From positions 32,001 to 96,000 of the forward strand of contig CAVVEU010000040.1 in the NCBI GenBank assembly GCA_963747235.1: 64,000 nt of DNA, in the 5' to 3' direction. This stretch comes from an uncultured Candidatus Rokubacteria bacterium. GTDB taxonomy: Bacteria; Methylomirabilota; Methylomirabilia; Rokubacteriales; CSP1-6. The notes under the pieces are model-generated. The model worked only from the letters and a program-made list of their open reading frames with translations, did no database searches and had not been told where the DNA came from. Of this stretch, positions 52,762 through 64,000 are shown in pieces (positions within the stretch are counted from its first letter, which is position 1; the number at the start of each line of letters is the position of its first letter). The translations under genes were made by a program, and so were the position numbers.

Positions 52762-53550
52762 CGCTTCCGCCGCTTGTAGTGCTTCACGTCGCGGTAGGAT
52801 TTCCGGGCCCCCACCTCGGTGAGGCCGAGGTAGAACTCCTTGATGTCCGCGTTCTCGCGCAGCGCCTCCGCCGGCTGCCTTCCAGCACGATGCGGCCGTT
52901 CTCCATCACGTAGCCGTGCTCGGCGATGCCGAGCGCGAGGGTCGGCGTTCTGCTCGACCAGCAGCACGGTGAGCTTCTGCTCGCGGTTGAGCCGCTGGAC
53001 GATCTCGAAGATCTCCTCGACCAGCATCGGAGCCAGCCCGAGCGAGGGCTCGTCGAGCAGGATCGACCTGCGGGTCGGACATCAGGGCGCGGCCGATGAC
53101 GAGCATCTGCTGCTCGCCGCCCGAGAGATAGCCGGCCTGCACCGAGCGCCGCTCCTTCAGCCGGGGGAAGTACTGGTACACGCGCTCGATCCCCGGCGGT
53201 CACCCGCTCGCGGTCGCGCTGGATGTGGGCGCCCGCGATCAGGTTCTCCTCGGTGGTCAGGTGCTCGAAGACGCGCCGCCCCTCGAAGACCTGCACGACG
53301 CCCGCGCTGGACCATCTCGTGCGGCGCCAGGCGGTCGATGCGCTGGCCGTCGAGCTCGATCGAGCCCTTGGTCACCTCGCCGCGCTCGGTGCGGAGCAGG
53401 CCCGGAGATCGCCTTCAGGGTCGTGGTCTTTCCGGCGCCGTTGGCGCCCAGGAGCGTGGTGATGCCGCCCTCGCGCACGTCCAGCGACACGCCCTTGAGG
53501 ACGAGGATGACGCCGTCGTAGATGACCTCGATGTTGTTGAGGCTGAGCAT
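52749..53550 (-). CDS. LivF-type ABC ATPase (operon copy 2); multiple indels
   Basis: [33 protein letters not shown]. Confidence 0.88.
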
Positions 53551-53564
53551 GGCGTCGGTGTCAC

Positions 53565-53586
53565 CGGAGGGGCGCAGCCCCCTCCG
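53565..53586. repeat. GC-rich intergenic hairpin downstream of the SBP gene
   Basis: cggaggggc-gca-gccccctccg. Confidence 0.5.
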
Positions 53587-53637
53587 CTGCCCTGTCCTCC
53601 GTGACGCGGCGCAGGCCGCGCGATGGGAGCGGACGGC

Positions 53638-54894
53638 TTACTTGGCTTCCTTGATGTGCTTGGCCAGCACGTCCGGATAGGCCGCGAACCAGTCGGTGGC
53701 CTTGACGAACTTGCCGCCCTTGACCTGCCAGATCTGGACGAGCCCGCCGCCCTCGTGGTCGGTCGGCCGTGATCTTGAGCGGCGGCACCAGCCCGCCGAG
53801 GGTGAAGTTCGAGATCTTCTCGAAGCCGGCCTTCACGTCGGCGCCGGTGATCTTGCCGTCCGGCTTGGCCTTGAGCGCGTTGCGGATCGCCTCGACGTGC
53901 AGCGCCGCGATGAGCACGCCGCGGTTGTAGTAGCACGGTCGACGCCATCTCCTTCGGCGCCGTGCTTGCCCTCCTTCTTGTACATCTCGCGGATCTCGTT
54001 CAGCACCGGGTAGTCGGTGCCGACGCCCGCGAACTGCATCGTGTAGTAGCCCTCGGCGACGCCGCGAAGCCACCCGCGGCCTCGATGTCGGCCTCGGCCG
54101 AGGCCCACACGAACCCGACCACCTTCCGCAGCGGATAGCCGACCCGCTTGAGCTCCTTGATCGACACCGAGGGCGAGCGCCGCCGAACAGGTGGGCGATC
54201 ACGAAGTCGGCCCGGTAGCGCTGGGCGATGTCGAGCACCTGGGCGCCCATCTCCACGCCCGGGGGCGGCACCGCGAACGTCTTGAGCTGGAAGCCCTCCT
54301 GCCCGGCCAGGTCCTCGAGCACCGGGATCGGCTCGCGGCCCGGCCGGATTGTCGTAGAAGAGATACGCGATCTTCTTGCCCTTGAGGCTGCCGCCGAGCT
54401 GGTTCTTGACGAACTTCACCGCGGCGGCGCCCTGCGACCAGTAGGTGGCGGCGATCGGGAAGATGTACGGGTAGCGGATCCCGTCGGCGGCCGCGGCGCT
54501 GCCGAAGCCGGGCGAGGTGCCCGGGATCTTGTCCTCGGTCAGCTTCTGGGTCAGGGCGTAGATCTGCGGCGTGCCGTAGACGCCGATCGAGCACCGCGCC
54601 TTCCTTCTTGTGGCGCTCGTAGGACTCCATCGCCGTGCGGCACCTTGTACTCGTGGTCGATCTCGAGCGACCCGGATCTTGTGGCCCTCGACGCCGCCCT
54701 TGCTGTTCACCAGGGCGATGTAGTCGTGGAAGCCCGGGCACAGGTTGACGCCGACGATCTGGGTCGGCCCGGTGCGGTCGCACTGCACACCGATGACGAT
54801 CTCCTTCTGCGGCCGACGCGGGCGCCGGGGCTCCGAGCGTCAGGCCGGCCGACCAGCAAGCAGCGCCGACCACGTTGCCAGAAGCTCGCTTCAT
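53638..54894 (-). CDS. Liv-type ABC substrate-binding protein (copy 2); multiple indels
   Basis: DRTGPT, YIFPIAATYWSQ, KKIAYLFYDNPAG, YYNRG, DHEGG. Confidence 0.85.
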
Positions 54895-54921
54895 GGGTGC
54901 TCTCCTTTCCTTCGCGCACGC

Positions 54922-55997
54922 TCAGTACGCGAACGGCCAGACCCGGAAGTAGTTCCGGATGTTTCGCCACAGCCGGTTGAGGCCCTCCGGCTCCACGACC
55001 AGGAAGAAGATGATCAGGCACGCCGAACAGGATCAGGCGCAGGTTGGGGATGAGGTTGAGCACCGCCTGCTGGCGAGAAGAGCATGCCGCCGAAGCGTCT
55101 CCATGGACCACGCGGATCACGATGGGCAGCAGGGTGACGAAGATGGCCCCGAAGATCGAGCCCAGCACCGAGCCCAGCCCGCCGATGATGATCATGGCCA
55201 GGTAGTCGATCGACACGCCGATCTGGAACTGCTCGTAGTTGGCGATGCCGAGGTAGTAGGTGTAGAGCACCCCGGTGACGCCGGCGTAGAACGACGAGAT
55301 GGCGAAGGCCAGGAGCTTGTAGCGGAAGATGTCGATGCCGATGATCTCGGCCGCGATGTCCTGGTCGCGGATGGCGATGAAGGCGCGCCCGATCCGGCTG
55401 CGCACGAGGTTCATGGTGCCCGACGATCGCCAGGACCACGAAGACGAGCAGGAAGAAGTACATCTCGCGCTGGGTGGCGATCGCGTGGCCGAACGAGCTC
55501 GGCCGCGGCACCTCGATGGACGCCTGGACGCCGCCGCTGATCCAGGTCACGTGGTTGATGATCCACTCGATGATGAGCTGGCCGGCGAGGGTGGCGATGG
55601 CGAGGTAGAGGCCCTTGATGCGGAGCGACGGGATGCCGACCACCGCGCCGACCGCCGCGGCCATGAGCCCGCCCGCGGCAGCGCCAGCCAGAACGGGCAA
55701 GCCCAGCCGGACGGCGAGGTTGGCCGCGGTGTAGGCGCCCACCGACATGAAGGCGCCGTGGCCGATCGAGATCTGCCCGGTGTAGCCCACCAGGATGTTG
55801 AGCCCGAGCGCGCCGACGACGGCGATCGAGATGAGGTTGACGATGGACAGGTAGTACTCGTCGACAGGCCAGGGGGAGGACGAGCGAAGAACACCACCGC
55901 GATCGCGGCCACCGTCCAGCGCGCGATCGGCAGCGGGTAGAGGGCCATGTCGGCCTCGTAGCGTCGTCTTGAGGACGCCGCACTCGCGATGGATCAT
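54922..55997 (-). CDS. LivM-type permease (copy 2); indels
   Basis: GYTGQISIGHGAF, LRIKGLYLAIATLA, AIRDQDIAA, IIGGLGS. Confidence 0.88.
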
Positions 55998-56005
55998 ATC
56001 GTCGC

Positions 56006-56906
56006 TCAGCATCCTCTCTCGATGATCCGCTTGCCGAAGATCCCGTAGGGCCGGACCATCAGGGCGACGATCATCAGCACGTACGGCGCGAAGTCCTTGG
56101 TGCCGCCGCCCACGTAGCGGATCGACGTAGCCGGCGGCCACGTTCTCGACGATCCCCACGATGAGCCCGCCGACGATGGCGCCGGGGATCGAGTCGAGGC
56201 CGCCCAGGATCACCACCGGGAACACCTTGAAGCCCACCAGGGCCAGGTGCACGTCGACGCCGAGCAGGTTGCCCCAGACGATGCCGCCCAGCGCGGAGAC
56301 CACGCCGGCCATGGCCCAGGCCAGCGCGAAGTAGCGCTCCACGTTGATCCCCATGGCCATGGCCACCTGCTGGTTGTCGGCCACCGCCCGCATGGCGATG
56401 CCCTTGCGGCTCTTCAGGAAGAACCAGCCGAAGGCGGCCAGGAACACGAGGCTCACCGCCGCCCCGAGGAGCTGGATGGGCGGGATGAAGAGCGGCCCCA
56501 GCACGATCGGCTCGTCGCTGATGGGCAGCGGCAGCGGCCGCGTCTCCGCGCCCCACAGGAGCGGCCCGATCCCGCGCAGCATCGCGGCGAGCCCGATGGT
56601 CGCCATGATCACCGCGACCACCGGCCGGCCGATGAGCGGCCGCAGCACCACCCGCTCCAGGCCGAAGCCGAAGGCCGATCATGCCGGCCAGCCCCACCGC
56701 CGACGGCCAGCCAGAGCGGGGCGCCGTAGGAGCCCAGCGCCACCGCCACCACGAAGCCCGCGATCATCACGAACTCGCCCTGGGCGAAGTTGATGGCGTC
56801 GGTGGCCTTGTAGACCAGCACGAAGCCCAGCGCGATCAGCGAGTACATCAGCCCGATCAGGATGCCGTTGGACATCAGCAGCAGCGAAGAACGACCAGTC
56901 AAACAC
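56006..56906 (-). CDS. LivH-type permease (copy 2); indels; 3' end approximate
   Basis: YSLIALGFVLVYKAT..INFAQGE, MRAVADN, ILGGLDS. Confidence 0.88.
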
Positions 56907-58844
56907 TGGCTGGCGCGCCTCCTCCACGTCCTCGATCCGCACCCGCGGACTGGATGGTGGCCTGCCGCCCGTCCTCGTAGGTGATCGCGGTGGTCAGCTC
57001 GACCTCGCTCGCCGCCCGAGTAGAAGGCGTCGATGACGGCCGCGTACTTCTCGGCCACGTAGCCGCGCCGCACCTTGCGGGTGCGCGTCATCTCCGCGTC
57101 GTCGGCCTCCAGGTCCTTGGTCAGGAGGAGGAAGCGCCGGATCCGGGTGGCGTCCGGCAGCGTCTCGTTGCCCTTGGCGATCTCGTCCCGGATCAGCTCC
57201 CGGACCTCCGGCTTCTGGGACAGGTCCATGTAGGTCGTGTAGGCGATGCCCCGCCGCTCGGCCCAGTTCCCCACCGTGCCGAGGTCGATGGCGATCATGG
57301 CCGCCACGAACGGCCGGTCGTGGCCGAAGGCCACCGCCTCGCGGATGTACGGGCTGAACTTGAGCTTGTTCTCGATGAACTGGGGCGCGAACGGGGTGCC
57401 GTCCGCCAGCGCGCCCACGTCCTTGGCGCGGTCGATGATGACCAGGTGCCCGCGGGGATCGATGAAGCCCGCGTCGCCGGTGTGGAACCAGCCCTCGCGC
57501 GTCGATGACCTCGCGGGTCGCCTCCTCGTTCTTGAAGTAGCCCTTGAAGATCGCCGCGCCTGCGGACCAGCACCTCGCCGCGGTCGGCGATCTTGACCTC
57601 GATGCCCGGGCACGGGCCGCCCGGCGCGTGGTCGGGTTGGCCTCGCCGTCGGGCTGCAGCGAGCACGAGCCCGGTGCGTCTCGGTGGAGCCGTAGACCTG
57701 CTTGAGGTTCACCCCGATGGAGCGGAAGAAGCGGAAGGTGTCGGGCCCGAGCGGCGCGCCGCCGGTTAGCGCCCAGCGGGCCCGCCGCAGCCCGAGCTGA
57801 TCGCGGACGGGCCGTAGACGAAGAACTCGCCGAGCGCGCGAGGCGCAGCCGGAGCCCGAGCGGCACCGGCTTGCCGTCCGCGCGCAGGATCTCGGCCTCG
57901 CTCGCGCCGACCGGCGGAAGCACTCGAAGATCCAGCGCTTGAGCGGGGTGGCGTCGGCCGCCCGCACCTGCACCGCGGTCAGCATGTTCTCCCAGATGCG
58001 CGGCGGGGCCAGCACGGTGGTCGGGCCCGAGCTCGCGCAGGTCGCGCTGCACCGTCTCCGGGCTCTCCGGGCAGTTGACGCAGAAGCCGACCACCAGGCT
58101 GAGCGACCAGCGTGTAGAGCGAGTCGCCGACCCACGCCATCGGCAGGTAGGCGAGCCACGTCGTCCGTCGGCGCGCACGTCCTCGGCCGGCCAGGAACGC
58201 TCGCGGCGGCCGGCGACCACGTTGGCGTGGGTGATCATGGCGCCCTTGGGATTGCCGGTGGTGCCCGGAGGTGTAGCAGATGATGGCGACGTCGTCGGGC
58301 TGGCCCTTCGTCGACCTCCGCCTCGAAGTAGCCGGGGTGCTCGGCGCGCGAACTTGCGCCCGAGCTCCTGCACCTCCTCGAAGGACTTGAGCCAGTCGTA
58401 GCGGGTAGCCGGGCGATGCCCGCGCGGGTCGTCGTAGATCACGAGGCGCAGCGCGGGGAGCTGGTCGCGCAGCGCGAGGATCTTGTCGACCTGCTCCTGG
58501 TCCTCGGCCACGATCACGCGGACCTCGGCGTGGTTCCAGACGAAGGCCAGCTCCTGGGCGATCGAGTCCTGGTAGACCGGCACCGGCGACGCCGCCCAGG
58601 GCACTGCGCCGCGACCTGCGCCCAGTACAGGCGCGGCCGGTTGTCGCCGATCACCGAGAGCCTGTCGCCGCGCCGGAAGCCGAGGGCGGCCAGGCCCGAG
58701 CGCGAGGTCGCGCACCTGGTCGTGGTACTCGCGCCAGGTCCAGGTCTGCCAGATGCCGCGGTCCTTCTCGCGGATGGCGGGCCGGTCGCCGAGCTCGCGG
58801 GCGTTGCGCTGCAGCAGGCGGGGAAGCGTCGTCAGCTCAGCCAC
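56899..58844 (-). CDS. Long-chain acyl-CoA synthetase; many indels
   Basis: REKDRGIWQ, GTTGNPKG, YGSTE, WFHTGD, IIDRAKD, TRTRKVRR. Confidence 0.88.
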
Positions 58845-58862
58845 GTCTGCGCCTCCGTTGCG

Positions 58863-59639
58863 TCACTGCCTTGGCACTCGCCGAGGTACGCCTTGATCAC
58901 CTGCGGGTTCGGCCCGCACCTCGTCGGGCGTGCCCTCCGCGATCTTCTGGCCCATGTCGAGCACCGCCACCCGGTCCGAGATGTCCATGACCACGCCCAT
59001 GTCGTGCTCGATCAGGATGATGGTCGTGCCCCACTCCTGGTTGACGTCGAGGATGAAGCGGGCCATGTCCTCCTTCTCCTCGTGGTTGCAGCCGCCCATC
59101 GGCTCGTCGAGGAGCAGGATCTTGGGATCGAGCGCCAGGGCGCGGCCCAGCTCCACGCGCTTCTGCAGCCCGTAGGCGAGCGAGCCGGTGGGCCGCCGGC
59201 GCAGGTCCTGGATCTTGAGGAAGTCGATGATGTCCTCGACCCGCCGCCGATGGGCCACCTCCTCCTTCTGGGCCAGCCCCCAGTAGACGAACGACGCGAG
59301 CACGCCCGACTTGCATGCGCACGTGGCGGCCCGAGCATCAGGTTGTCGAGCACGGTCATGCCCCGGAACAGGGCGATGTTCTGGAAGGTGCGCGCCACCC
59401 CCAGCTCGGCGACCCGGCTCGGGCGCGCGCTGGGTGATGTCGGTGCCGTCGAGCGTGATGCGGCCCGAGTCCGGGTGGTAGAAGCCGCTGATCATGTTGA
59501 GCAGGGTGGTCTTGCCCGCGCCGTTGGGCCCGATCACGGAGAGGATCTCGCCTCGCCGCACGTCGAGGCTCACCCGGCTCACCGCCTGGACGCCGCCGAA
59601 GGACTTCGAGACCTCCGCGATCTGGAGCTGCGCGCTCAT
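58863..59639 (-). CDS. LivG-type ABC ATPase (copy 2); indels; 3' end approximate
   Basis: IGPNGAGKTT, ARTFQN, QKRVELGRAL, LLDEP, IEHDM. Confidence 0.88.
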   Translation of the reverse strand: MSAQLQIAEVSKSFGGVQAVSRVSLDVRRGEILSVIGPNGAGKTTLLNMISGFYHPDSGRITLDGTDITQRAPEPGRRAGGGAHLPEHRPVPGHDRARQPDARAATCACKSGVLASFVYWGLAQKEEVAHRRRVEDIIDFLKIQDLRRRPTGSLAYGLQKRVELGRALALDPKILLLDEPMGGCNHEEKEDMARFILDVNQEWGTTIILIEHDMGVVMDISDRVAVLDMGQKIAEGTPDEVRAEPAGDQGVPRRVPRQ

Positions 59640-59649
59640 GTCTGGGCCC

Positions 59650-60470
59650 TCACGACAGCCAGCGCTTTCGCCGCTTGTAGTGCTTGACGTCCCGATAGCT
59701 CTTCCGCTGCCCCACCCCGGACAGCCCAAGGTAGAACTCCTTGATGTCCTCGTTCTCGCTGATCGTCTTGACGTCGCCGTCCAGCACCACCCGCCCGTTC
59801 TCCATCACGTAGACGTACTGGGCGAAGCGCAGCGCCATGTTGGCGTTCTGCTCGGCCAGCAGCACCGCCACCCGCTCCTCGCGGTTCAGCCGCCCCACGA
59901 TCTCGAAGATCTCCTGCACCAGCATCGGGGCCAGGCCCATCGACGGCTCGTCGAGCAGCATCAGCCGGGGATGGGCCATCAGGGCCCGCCCGATCGCGAG
60001 CATCTGCTGCTCGCCCCCCGAGATGTAGCCGGCCCGCACGGTACGCCGGTCCCGCAGCCGGGGAAAGTACCCGTACACCCGCTCCAGATCCGCGCTTGAG
60101 CGCGTGCCCGTTCCGCCGCGTGTAGCCCCCGGTCAGCAGGTTCTCTGTCCTCCACCGTCAGGTGCTCGAAGACGTGGCGGCCCTCCATCACCTGCACGAC
60201 GCCCCGCCGCACGACCTCGGAGGCCTCGCGGCGGTGGATCGCCTCGCCGTCGAGCTCGACGCCGCCCTTGGTCACCTCGCCGCGCTCGGTGCGCAGGAGC
60301 CCCGAGATGGCCTTGAGCGTGGTGGACTTGCCCGCCCCGTTGGCCCCGAGGAGGGCGACGATGCCCTCCTCGGGAACCTGGAGCGACACGCCCTTCAACA
60401 CGAGGATCACGTGATCGTAGATCACCTCGATGTTGTTGACCGACAGCAGCGGTCGCGCGGCGTCGCTCAC
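59650..60470 (-). CDS. LivF-type ABC ATPase (copy 1); indels
   Basis: [36 protein letters not shown]. Confidence 0.88.
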
Positions 60471-60483
60471 GACGTCGCTCGCC

Positions 60484-61814
60484 CTACTTCTCCTTCGAGC
60501 AGTCGCGCATCGGTGTAGCCGAGCTTCTTGCCTTCCTCGATCGCCGCCGCCTCGAGCTTCGGGCGGACGACGTCCCGCATCGGCGCGATCCAGTCGGAGA
60601 CGACGTTCCACTTCTTGCCGTCCCACTGCTGGATCAGCACCGGGCCCGTTGCCCTCGTGGTCCTCGCAGGTCACCTTCACCGGGTGCGTGAAGCCCTTCA
60701 TGCCGAGCTGGTCGAGCCGCTGCTCGGTGAGGTTCAGGTGCTCGAAGCCCCAGCGCACCTGCTCGCCGGTCAGCGGCTTGTTGCCGAACTTGGCCATCGC
60801 CGGTGCGGATGGCCTCGACGCTCGAACATGGCGTTGACGATGCCGCGGTTGTAGAGCACCTCGCCCACTCTTGTCCTTCTGCCCGGCGCCCTTGCCCTTG
60901 TCGTAGACGTGCTTGACGATGTCCTGGTGGACCTTGAAGTTGGTGCCGGGGGCGTGGAAGGTCGCGCCCTTGTAGCCCTTGGCGCCGTCCCCGGCGGGGA
61001 TCACGTCCGCCTCGCTCGCCGACCACCAGTTGCCGATGAAGTGGTCCATCGGGTAGTTGATCGCGGCCGCTTCCTTGACCGCCACCTGGTTCATCACGCC
61101 CCAGCCCGACAGGAAGATCCAGTCCGGGTTGAGGCGGCGCACCTGGAGCCACGTGGCCTTCTGCTCCTGGCCGGGGATGGTCCACCGCGAGCAGCGTCAG
61201 CTCGAAGCCGTACTTCCGGGCCAGCTCCTCGAGCGTCGGGTTGGCCTCCTTGCCGTAGGGGCTGTTGTGGTAGATGTGGACGATCTTCTTGCCCTTGAGC
61301 TTGTCGAGCCCGCCTTCCTGCTGCCCGATGTAGCGGATCACCGCGGAGGCCTGGCTCCAGTAGGTGGTCGGGAAGTTGAAGACCCACGGGAACCAGCGCC
61401 CGTCGGCCGCCGCGGTCATGCCGTAGCCCATCGAGAACACCGGCGATCTTGTCCACCGCCGCCTTCGGGATGAGCTGGTAGGTGATGCCGGTGCTGTAGC
61501 GGGTTGACGAGCACCGCGCCCGCCTTTGCCCTTGAGCCGCTCGTAGCACTCCACGCCCTGCTTGGTGTCGTACTGGGTCTCGCACTCCTCCCACGCGATG
61601 CTTGACGCCGTTGATCGCCGCCGTCGCGCTCGTTGAGCAGGGTGAAGTAGTCCACGAAGCCGTTGGCGATCGGGATCCCGCTCGGCGCGTACGGCCCGGT
61701 CCGGTAGACCAGCGAGCGGGATGAAGATCTCCTTGGGCTGCGCCGAGACGGCCGGCACCGCGGGCCCGGCGATGACGGCCACGGCAGCACGCCGATCAGC
61801 AGTCGCCGACTCAT
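60484..61814 (-). CDS. Liv-type ABC substrate-binding protein (copy 1); indels
   Basis: YRTGPYAPSG, ECETQY, CYERLK, HNSPYGKE, GWGVMN, CEDHEG. Confidence 0.87.
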
Positions 61815-61893
61815 GATGCCTCCTTGTGACAGGTGACGGGGCTGCACGTGCGTCCGTTCGATGACACTCCATGCGCTCCCGGAGTTCCGCTCG

Positions 61894-62972
61894 CTAGTGA
61901 GGGAACGGCCACAGGCGCAGCTTCTCCTTGGCGATCTGCCAGAGCCGGGCCAGCCCGTGCGGCTCGACGATCAGGAAGAAGACGATCAGCCCGCCGAACA
62001 CCATCAGCTCGATGCTGCTTCTGCAGCGCCACCGGCAGGCCAGCCCGAGCAGGTGCGGCACGTTGGTCAGGAAGATCGGCACCAGCACGATGAAGGCGGC
62101 GCCCAGGAACGAGCCGAGGATGCTTCCCAGCCCGCCGATGATGACCATGAACAGCACCAGGAAGGACAGGTTGATGTCGAAGGCCAGGGTCTCGGCGCTG
62201 CCGAGGTAGAGGAAGACGTACTCGGCGCCCGCCACCCCGCAGTAGAACGAGCTGATCGCGAAGGCGAGGAGCTTGGTCCGCAGCGGGCGGACGCCGATGA
62301 TCTCGGCCGCGATGTCCCGGTCGCGGATCGCCATCCAGCGAGCGGCCCACGCGCCCGCGCACCAGGTTCTTGGCGATCAGGGCGAAGAGCCGCCACGAGG
62401 GCGAGGGCCACGACGTAGCGGGCACCGGCGCGGTCGCCTCCGGGCCGGTCACCATGACTCCGAGCATCGGTCCGGGGCGGCGCGGTGATGGTGCCGGACG
62501 AGGCGTAGTTGGTGAACCACGCCACCTTGTTGAAGAGCCAGATCAGGAAGAACTGCGCGGCCAGGGTGGCCACCGCCAGGTAGAAGCCCTTGATCCGCAG
62601 GCTCGGGACGCCGAAGAGCAGCCCGACGAGCGCGGCCGCGAGCCCGGCCAGCAGGAAGACGACGATGATGTTGAGACCCGGGAACGCGGTGGTGAGCTTG
62701 AAGGCCGAGTACGCGCCCACCGCCATGAAGCCGCCGGTGCCGAGCGAGACCTGCCCCGCGTAGCCGGTGAGGAGGTTCAGGCCGAGGGCGGCCAGCGCGT
62801 AGATCAGGAACGGGATCAGCACCGCCTGCAGCCAGTACTCGCTGGCGACCAGCGGCACGCACGAACGCGGCCACGAGCAGCCCGCAGGACGATCCCGGTC
62901 CTGGACGATCGGGAAGATCGCCTGGTCGCTGGCGTACGTGCTCTTGAACTGCCCGGCCTCGCGGTAGATCAC
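61894..62972 (-). CDS. LivM-type permease (copy 1); indels
   Basis: YREAGQFK, GYAGQVSLG, LRIKGFYLAVATLA, LRLWPFPH. Confidence 0.88.
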
Positions 62973-62975
62973 GCG

Positions 62976-63916
62976 CTAGACTCGCTCGATGATCTTCTCG
63001 CCGAACAGGCCCTGGGGCCGAAACAGCAGGAAGACCAGCGCCAGGACGTAGGCGAACCAGTTCTCGATGGCCCCGCCCACCAGGGGGCCCCAGTAGACCT
63101 CGCCCAGCTTCTCCCCGACCCCGATGATCAGCCCGCCCACGATGGCGCCCGGCACCGAGGTGAAGCCGCCCAGGATCAGGACCGGCAGCGCCTTGAGCGC
63201 GATCAGCGAGAGGCTGAACTGCACGCCGCTCTTGGCGCCCCACATGATGCCGGCCACGAGGGCCACCAGGCCCGCCACCGACCACACGACGACCCAGATC
63301 GTCTTGAGCGGGATGCCGATGCTGAGCGCCGCCTCGTGGTCGTCGGCCACCGCGCGGAGGGCACGGCCGATCCGCGTCCTCTGGAAGAAGACGGCCAGGA
63401 TGGTGACCAGCACGGCGGCGGTGAGGGCCGCGGTCAGCTCCAGCTGGTTGATCTGCACTCCCCGCACCATGAACGACGTGTCCGGGATGCCCGACGTCGA
63501 GCTTCTTGACGTTGCTGCCCCAGAGCAGCTCGCCGAAGCCCTCCAGGAAGAAGTTGAGCCCGATGGTGGCCATGAACAGGATGATGTGCTCCTGGTTGAC
63601 GAGCGGGCGCAGCACCACCCGCTCGATGGCGAAGGCCAGCGCGACCATCACCGCCATCGGTCAGGAGCAGGCTCGGAACGCACCGGGACCCCGCGCTCCA
63701 TCAGCCCCACCAGGGTGAGCGCCGCGAAGAGCACCATGACGCCCTGGGCGAAGTTGAAGACGCCGGAGGCCTTGAAGATCAGCACGAAGCCGAGGGCCAC
63801 CAGGGAGTACATGAGCCCGGCGGCGACGCCCGCCGATGAGCACCTCGACCAGGAAGCCCGGGGCGCCGACCATGTCCTTGAAGGGCGCGAGGAACACCGC
63901 GGACCAGGTCAAGCAT
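62976..63916 (-). CDS. LivH-type permease (copy 1); indels; start approximate
   Basis: YSLVALGFVLIFKASGVFNFAQG, LRAVADDH, ILGGFTS. Confidence 0.87.
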
Positions 63917-64000
63917 GGGCGACCCCGAGATAGGCGTCGATCACCGCCTGGTCCGCCCGCACCTCGTCCGGCGTGCCGTCGGCGATCTTGCGCCCGTAGT
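63909..64000 (-). CDS. C-terminus of a LivG-type ABC ATPase (partial at window edge)
   Basis: GRKIADGTPDEVRADQAVIDAYLG. Confidence 0.85.
   Translation of the reverse strand, partial: YGRKIADGTPDEVRADQAVIDAYLGVAHA

Overview
Very GC-rich, gene-dense bacterial chromosomal DNA. Gene style (orphan ABC_sub_bind protein, zinc-ribbon/cyclase/AAA/TPR protein, tandem Liv-type ABC operons) suggests Candidatus Rokubacteria/Methylomirabilota; this is an inference. Many genes carry single-base indels, densest after ~52.8 kb, which I read as long-read assembly errors, not pseudogenes. Content: NAD-linked formate dehydrogenase subunits split by a citrate synthase/HTH pair, a sigma54-preceded DUF4015/polysaccharide-deacetylase operon facing an AmiE-NamZ-like fusion, a chrBA chromate operon, a DNA-repair radical SAM gene, aminotransferases, uvrA-pyk, an ECF-sigma/Ogt-Ada/2OG-oxygenase operon, transaldolase and two tandem fatty-acid-type ABC importers. 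I saw no rRNA, tRNA, CRISPR or transposase. Highlights: (1) a selenoprotein pair missed by the ORF track, a UxxC protein-disulfide oxidoreductase followed by an unannotated 50-aa membrane microprotein, each with an in-frame UGA and a SECIS-like hairpin sharing a CGUG apical loop; (2) a putative ECF-sigma-controlled alkylation response using a permuted Ogt-Ada(Zn) protein; (3) a 20-bp motif shared by two promoters, a candidate SOS/LexA box; (4) phased TTGATT repeats beside a BldC/Xis-like HTH gene; (5) pervasive leaderless promoters, one bidirectional; (6) a REP palindrome read in frame at the start of the NuoF-like gene.
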